This document shows positions 59,562 to 64,000 of a stretch of 64,000 nucleotides of DNA, in pieces; the stretch's first letter is position 1; every line of letters starts with the position of its first letter. The notes under the pieces were generated by a model, which was given only the letters and a program-made list of their open reading frames with translations, was not told the DNA's origin and made no database searches. The translations under genes were made by a program, and so were the position numbers. This DNA comes from an uncultured delta proteobacterium (GTDB lineage: Bacteria; Myxococcota; Myxococcia; SLRQ01): NCBI GenBank assembly GCA_963727485.1, contig CAVSGM010000011.1, positions 1-64,000 on the forward strand, read 5' to 3'.

Positions 59562-59882
59562 TCAGCCGGCGGCCGCCTGGGCCCCGGCGCAGGCCTTCGC
59601 CGACGCCGCCAGGGTGGTGAGCGCGGTGAGCACCCGGCGCACCGCCCGGGCGTTGGCGAGCTTGTAGACCCGGCAGCGGCCGTCGGGCTCGCAGTCGAGG
59701 AGCCCGGCGTCGCGCAGCGTGGCGAGGTGCTTGGAGACCACCGGCTGGGGCTCGCCGAGGGCCTCGATGAGCTCGGAGACGATGTGGGGGCCGGTGGCGA
59801 GGCGCTCGAGGATCGCCAGGCGCAGGGGGTGCGCCAGGACGGTGCCGAGGCGGGCGGTGGCGTCTCGCTGGTCGGGGTGCAT
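59562..59882 (-). CDS. ArsR/SmtB family regulator
   Basis: LAHPLRLAIL; QPVVSKHLATLRDAGL; CEPDGRC in the wing. Confidence 0.88.
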   Translation of the reverse strand: MHPDQRDATARLGTVLAHPLRLAILERLATGPHIVSELIEALGEPQPVVSKHLATLRDAGLLDCEPDGRCRVYKLANARAVRRVLTALTTLAASAKACAGAQAAAG

Positions 59883-59921
59883 CGGGGGGGCTCCCGGGGT
59901 CGGGGGAAAACATTCCATCTA

Positions 59922-59968
59922 CGACATATGTCGCGGCTGGTATGTAACGCCCCCGGCCGCCGTGTCAA
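59922..59968 (-). promoter_or_regulatory. Promoter and palindromic operator of the redox operon
   Basis: TTGACA (59968-59963)-16-TACATA; perfect palindrome CGACATATGTCG at 59922-59933. Confidence 0.6.
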
Positions 59969-60035
59969 GGCCGTCCTGGCCTGGGGGCCGCCGCCGCCCT
60001 ATCCTGGCGCCGCCCCCCCCGGCCCAGGAGACCCC

Positions 60036-60647
60036 ATGGCCAGCCAGGATCGCTTCGTCGATCGCTACCGGGACGCCGACCCCGAGGACCTCCCCTGGTT
60101 CCACGCCGAGCCGGACCCGGACCTCCTCGCCCTCTTCAACGGGGTCCTCCCCGAGCCCGCGGCCCGGGTCCTCGATCTCGGCGCCGGCCCCTCGGTCCAC
60201 GGCATCGAGCTCGCCGCCCGGGGACACCGGGTCACCTGCATCGACGGCGTGCCCGAGGCCCGGGACATGGCAATGGCGCTCGCCGAGCGCCGGGGCGTCG
60301 CCCTCGACTACCGGGTGGGCGACGCCATCCGGGAGACCCCCGAGGGGCCCTTCGACCTCATCCTCGATCGGGGGTTCCTCCACACCCTCGAGCCCGGCGA
60401 GCGCCCGGTGTGGCGCGCCGCGGTGGCCGGCGCCCTGGCCGAGGGCGGGTCGCTGGTCATCAAGTGCTTCGACCGGCGCCCGCCCCGGGACTTCGGGCCC
60501 ACCGGGCTCACCGCCCGGGAGGTGGTCGAGGCCCTCGGCGATCCCGAGCCCGGGGGCCTCGCCCTCGAGCGCCTCGCCCGCACCCGCTTCCCCGGCCACG
60601 CGGGCCGGCCCCACGCCACCTGGACGGTGCTGGCGCGCAAGCTCTAG
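60036..60647 (+). CDS. Class I SAM methyltransferase (TPMT/TehB-like)
   Basis: LPWFHAEPDPDL; RVLDLGAGP; FDLILDRGFLH. Confidence 0.85.
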   Translation: MASQDRFVDRYRDADPEDLPWFHAEPDPDLLALFNGVLPEPAARVLDLGAGPSVHGIELAARGHRVTCIDGVPEARDMAMALAERRGVALDYRVGDAIRETPEGPFDLILDRGFLHTLEPGERPVWRAAVAGALAEGGSLVIKCFDRRPPRDFGPTGLTAREVVEALGDPEPGGLALERLARTRFPGHAGRPHATWTVLARKL

Positions 60648-61295
60648 TCAGCCCGCGTCGTCGTCGTCCGCCTCGCCCTCGAGCCCCTCGAGGCCCTCGT
60701 GGACGAGCCAGGGGACCATGACGAGCGCCGCCACCGGATCCGCCCACCCCCAACCGAAGGCCGCGTGGGCCCCGAGGCCGACGAGCAGGGTCAGCGAGAG
60801 GTAGCTGCACGCCAGCGACTCCTTGGCCTCGGCGGCGAGCGCCCGGCTCCCGAGCCCCCGCGCCGCCCGGAGCTTCCCCCAGGCGAGCAGCGGCATCACC
60901 ACCAGCGCCGCCGCCGCCACGGCGATCCCGAGCGGGCTCACCGCCGGCCTGGCGCCGGTGAGCAGCGTGTGCCCGGCCCCCACCGTCACGTAGGCGGCGA
61001 GGAGGAGGAAGGTCACGCCGATCACCCGCTCCACCCGGCGCTCCCGCCCCTCGAGGGCCTCGGGGTGGGCGCCGCGCGCCTCGCCGGCGACCCGCCACAG
61101 GACCAGGGCCGCGGCGGCGATCTCGATGCCGCTGTCCAGGCCGAAGCCGGTGAGGGCGATGCTCCCGGCCCGCGCCCCGGACCAGAGGGCGACCCCGGCC
61201 TCGACGGCGTCCCAGAGGAGGGTCGCGACCAGGAGCCACCGGGCACGGCGCAGGCAGCGGCGGTGGGCTTCGGGGGTCGGCGTGGGATCGGTCAC
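60648..61295 (-). CDS. Cation transporter (CDF-like membrane domain)
   Basis: GSIALTGFGLDSGIE; ALAAEAKES; WADPVAAL. Confidence 0.85.
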   Translation of the reverse strand: MTDPTPTPEAHRRCLRRARWLLVATLLWDAVEAGVALWSGARAGSIALTGFGLDSGIEIAAAALVLWRVAGEARGAHPEALEGRERRVERVIGVTFLLLAAYVTVGAGHTLLTGARPAVSPLGIAVAAAALVVMPLLAWGKLRAARGLGSRALAAEAKESLACSYLSLTLLVGLGAHAAFGWGWADPVAALVMVPWLVHEGLEGLEGEADDDDAG

Positions 61296-61367
61296 ACACC
61301 GCAGGCTAGCCGGCGAGGGCCGGGTCCGTCACCCCAACACGGGGCATGGCCCTCACGGACGGGCCGA

Positions 61368-61943
61368 CTAGTGGATCGTCTCGCCCCGGGCGCACATGGC
61401 CACGAACTTCTCGACGCGCCGCGCCCGGGTCTCCGCCCGCTTCGCCTCCTCCACCCGGTAGAGGATGGCGTAGCGGTTCGCCGAGCTGAGCCTCGCGAAG
61501 AACGCCTTGGCGGCGGGGTCCGCGTCCAGGGCCGCCTGGAGGTCCGCGGGGACGGTGGCCGTCCGGTGGGAGTCGTAGGCGGCGTCCCACCGCCCGTCGC
61601 CGCGGGCGGCCACCACCTGGGCCATCCCTGGCGCCGCCATCCGGCCCTCCTCGATGAGCCGCTCGGCCCGCCGGCGGTTCACCTTGGACCACCGGCTCCG
61701 GGGGCCCCGGGGCGTGAGCCGCTGGAGGTAGTAGGCTTCGTCGAGGCGTCCCTTCTGGCCGTCGATCCACCCGAAGCGCAGCGACTCGTCCACCGCCTCG
61801 TCGTAGCTCGGGCCCCGGCCGCCGCCGCCCTTCTTGGGGATCTTCAGCCAGATGCCGGCGGCGGCGCCGTGGTGGGCCGCGAGCCAGCGACCGAGGTCCG
61901 CGGCGTCGTCGAAGCCGCGGATGGGCAGGTCGTCCTTGGGCAT
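61368..61943 (-). CDS. YdeI/OmpD-associated family protein
   Basis: FGWIDGQ; SRWSKVN; VPADLQAAL; AKRAETRARR. Confidence 0.9.
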   Translation of the reverse strand: MPKDDLPIRGFDDAADLGRWLAAHHGAAAGIWLKIPKKGGGGRGPSYDEAVDESLRFGWIDGQKGRLDEAYYLQRLTPRGPRSRWSKVNRRRAERLIEEGRMAAPGMAQVVAARGDGRWDAAYDSHRTATVPADLQAALDADPAAKAFFARLSSANRYAILYRVEEAKRAETRARRVEKFVAMCARGETIH

Positions 61944-61951
61944 GGTCGCGC

Positions 61952-62464
61952 CTAGGGCTCGCGGTCGCGGGCGAGCTCGAAGATCCGGGGCGTCGCCGGC
62001 TCTCCGTCGTAGTAGTCCGCGGGCGCCACGCGGCCCCGGAGGCCGAGGGCGCGGACGAACACCTTCCCGCTGTCCGGGTAGGTGGCCACCTCGTTGGGTT
62101 CGTTCGGGCCGATGGCCAGGTACACCAGGTCCTCGTCGCCGGTGTTGGCGAGCTGGTGGGCGACGCCGCTGCCCGCGGGGCAGGAGACGCAGTCGCCGGG
62201 GCCGATGCGCCGCAGGCTCTCGCCGTAGCGCAGGACGCCCGTCCCCGAGAGCACGTAGAAGACCTCGTCCTCGAGCTGGTGGGTGTGGAAGGGGCAGGCG
62301 CTGCGCCCGGGCGACACCCGGGTGAGGTTCACCCCCAGGCGGCCGCCGTGGGACCGCATGGCGGGGGTGAGGTGCTTGTCGAGGCTGCCGTAGCGGCCCT
62401 CGGCGAGGTTGTCCTCCCACTCGAGGTCGTCAACGTTCACCACCATCTCGTCGGCCTGGGTCAC
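61952..62464 (-). CDS. Cupin domain protein
   Basis: CPFHTHQLEDEVFYVLSG; AHQLAN; YPDSGK; DYYDGE. Confidence 0.9.
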   Translation of the reverse strand: MTQADEMVVNVDDLEWEDNLAEGRYGSLDKHLTPAMRSHGGRLGVNLTRVSPGRSACPFHTHQLEDEVFYVLSGTGVLRYGESLRRIGPGDCVSCPAGSGVAHQLANTGDEDLVYLAIGPNEPNEVATYPDSGKVFVRALGLRGRVAPADYYDGEPATPRIFELARDREP

Positions 62465-63348
62465 GGCTGGTCCTCCTTGGGGGCGGGCGCGAGGCGGGCG
62501 TACCCGGCGAACTGGTCGAAGACCACGCGCCGGGCCCGCGGGGTGAGCGCCCGGCGGACGACCCCGAGGATCCGCGCCATCCGCGGCAGGGGGAACGGCC
62601 GGCCCAGGCGCCGGCCCTCGGGGGCGAGGTAGCGCATCTCGTCGACGCGCCACCCGTGGGCGGCGAAGAATCGCTCCCAGTCGGCGGGGTGAAAGCGGAA
62701 GGGCGCGTTGCTCATGTGGCGGGCGTGGCCGCCGCGCTCCCGGCGGGCGTGGATGGCCGGGTGCATGTAGTCGACGATCCAGCCGGTCACCTGGGGCCGG
62801 GCGCGGAGGTCGTCGGCGAGGGCGCCCACCGACGCCTCGGCGAGGTAGAGGATGACGCCCTCGGTGAGCACCAGGATTCGGTGGTCCCCGGCGCAGACCT
62901 CGTCGAGGAGCGCCCGCCGCGCGTCGTCGTCGGCGAGGTCCACGGCCCGGCGCTCCAGGTGGCACCGCGGGGCCTCGCCCTCGAGGCGCCCGGTCTTCCA
63001 CTCGAGGATCCGGGGGAGGTCGACCTCGATCCAGCGCAGGTCCGCCGGAAGGTCCAGGCGGTAGGGCCGGGCGTCGAGGCCCGCACCGAGGTTGACCACC
63101 GTGTCCACGCCGCCGGCGATGGCCTCGGTGATCATCCGGTCGATGATCACCGTGCGGATCACCATGGTCCACCCGCCGATGAACGACCGGGGGCCCACCG
63201 CGGCGAGGATCTCGCGCCCCTTGTCCCCGGCGAGGCGGGCGGCGAGGGGATCCCGGAAGAGGGCGTCGGGCCGCTCGGTCTCCAGGGCCCGGAAGCCGGC
63301 GACGAGGAAGGCGGTGTCCGGGACGTCGCGGATCGCGGGATCGGCCAT
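62461..63348 (-). CDS. Class I SAM methyltransferase, LCM family
   Basis: DTAFLVAGFRALETERPDALFRDP; VNLGAGLDARPYRL; LTEGVILYL. Confidence 0.9.
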   Translation of the reverse strand: MADPAIRDVPDTAFLVAGFRALETERPDALFRDPLAARLAGDKGREILAAVGPRSFIGGWTMVIRTVIIDRMITEAIAGGVDTVVNLGAGLDARPYRLDLPADLRWIEVDLPRILEWKTGRLEGEAPRCHLERRAVDLADDDARRALLDEVCAGDHRILVLTEGVILYLAEASVGALADDLRARPQVTGWIVDYMHPAIHARRERGGHARHMSNAPFRFHPADWERFFAAHGWRVDEMRYLAPEGRRLGRPFPLPRMARILGVVRRALTPRARRVVFDQFAGYARLAPAPKEDQP

Positions 63349-63491
63349 GGCTGGCACGGTGGCAGGGGCCAGGGGCCCGGTCAACGGGGCCGGGCTTGAC
63401 CGGCGCCCTCGACGCCACCTTCGCCGCCCCGAGGGCTGGGCAACCGGCGAGGCGCCGCGTATCGTGGAGCCGACACCTACCTGGGGGGGGC

Positions 63492-64000
63492 ATGGCGGAC
63501 ACGGAGCGTGTCGTCACGGGGTGCAAGGTTGGGGTGGGGCGGCAGCGTCCGGTCGGGGGCAAGCGATGGCCGGGGCCGACTCGCCTCCTGGCGTTGGCGC
63601 TCCTGGCGGGGCTGATCTTCCCCGCCCCCGCTCGGGCCCAGGGGGCCGCGGCCGACGCCCAGAAGCTCATGGAGAAGGCGCGCAGCGGCCACCCGCTCAC
63701 CCCCGCGGAGCAGGCGCGGCTGCGGGCCGACCTGATGCAGCAGTCCCAGCAGCGGCTGGACCAGACCCAGAGCTCGATGCCGCCGAAGATCCAGGCCCTG
63801 ATGCAGAAGGCCCGATTGGGGCGGCAGCTGACCCCCGAGGACAAGGCCGCCTTGCGCCAGTGGGCCATCGACCGGGCGATGCACGGCCGGGGCGGGGTCC
63901 CGGGCGCCGGGGCCAGGCCCCCGGGGCCGGGGAGCGCGCACGCGGGCGCCGGGCCATCGGGCGCCGGCGGTCCGCACCGGCCCACGGTCATGGACTTCAT
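63492..64000 (+). CDS. Hypothetical secreted protein, 3' partial (absent from ORF track)
   Basis: Open frame from ATG 63492 (start may be later); RLLALALLAGLIFPAPARA signal; duplicated helical motif. Confidence 0.6.
   Translation, partial: MADTERVVTGCKVGVGRQRPVGGKRWPGPTRLLALALLAGLIFPAPARAQGAAADAQKLMEKARSGHPLTPAEQARLRADLMQQSQQRLDQTQSSMPPKIQALMQKARLGRQLTPEDKAALRQWAIDRAMHGRGGVPGAGARPPGPGSAHAGAGPSGAGGPHRPTVMDF

Noticed and set aside
1..64000. tRNA, rRNA, IS elements, integrase or prophage genes
   Set aside because: None recognised by eye; tRNAscan, Infernal and ISEScan would be needed to exclude them.

Overview
Very GC-rich bacterial DNA, most likely Myxococcota (inferred from MYXO-CTERM-like tails and Myxococcus Cys-rich repeats). 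About 70 genes; no rRNA, tRNA, CRISPR array, integrase or transposase was recognised. Many genes carry single-base frameshifts, densest in 1-9.5 kb, which look like long-read consensus errors. In order: (1) the end of a defence/TA island with an SNF2-like helicase, an XRE-ImmA/IrrE protease + PIN pair, an AbiEi antitoxin and an AbiEii remnant; (2) accessory enzymes, two beta-helix lipoproteins, a GH3 glucosidase and arsM; (3) three tandem Cys-rich surface proteins (DUF4215 repeats, choice-of-anchor-C/DUF642-like domain, EGF repeats, MYXO-CTERM); (4) a type III PKS-ICMT-FAD monooxygenase cluster; (5) an ECF42-type sigma factor with three DGPF/YciI genes; (6) arsR-permease-small thioredoxin; (7) a LysR-divergent, tightly coupled operon dabB-dabA-unknown ORF-purK-purE, i.e. 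an inorganic carbon pump joined to the bicarbonate-consuming step of purine synthesis (top candidate); (8) a two-component system with a PepSY gene; (9) an ArsR-led thiol-redox operon containing an orphan groES; (10) methyltransferases, cupins and a partial ORF. All family assignments come from motif recognition, not database searches.
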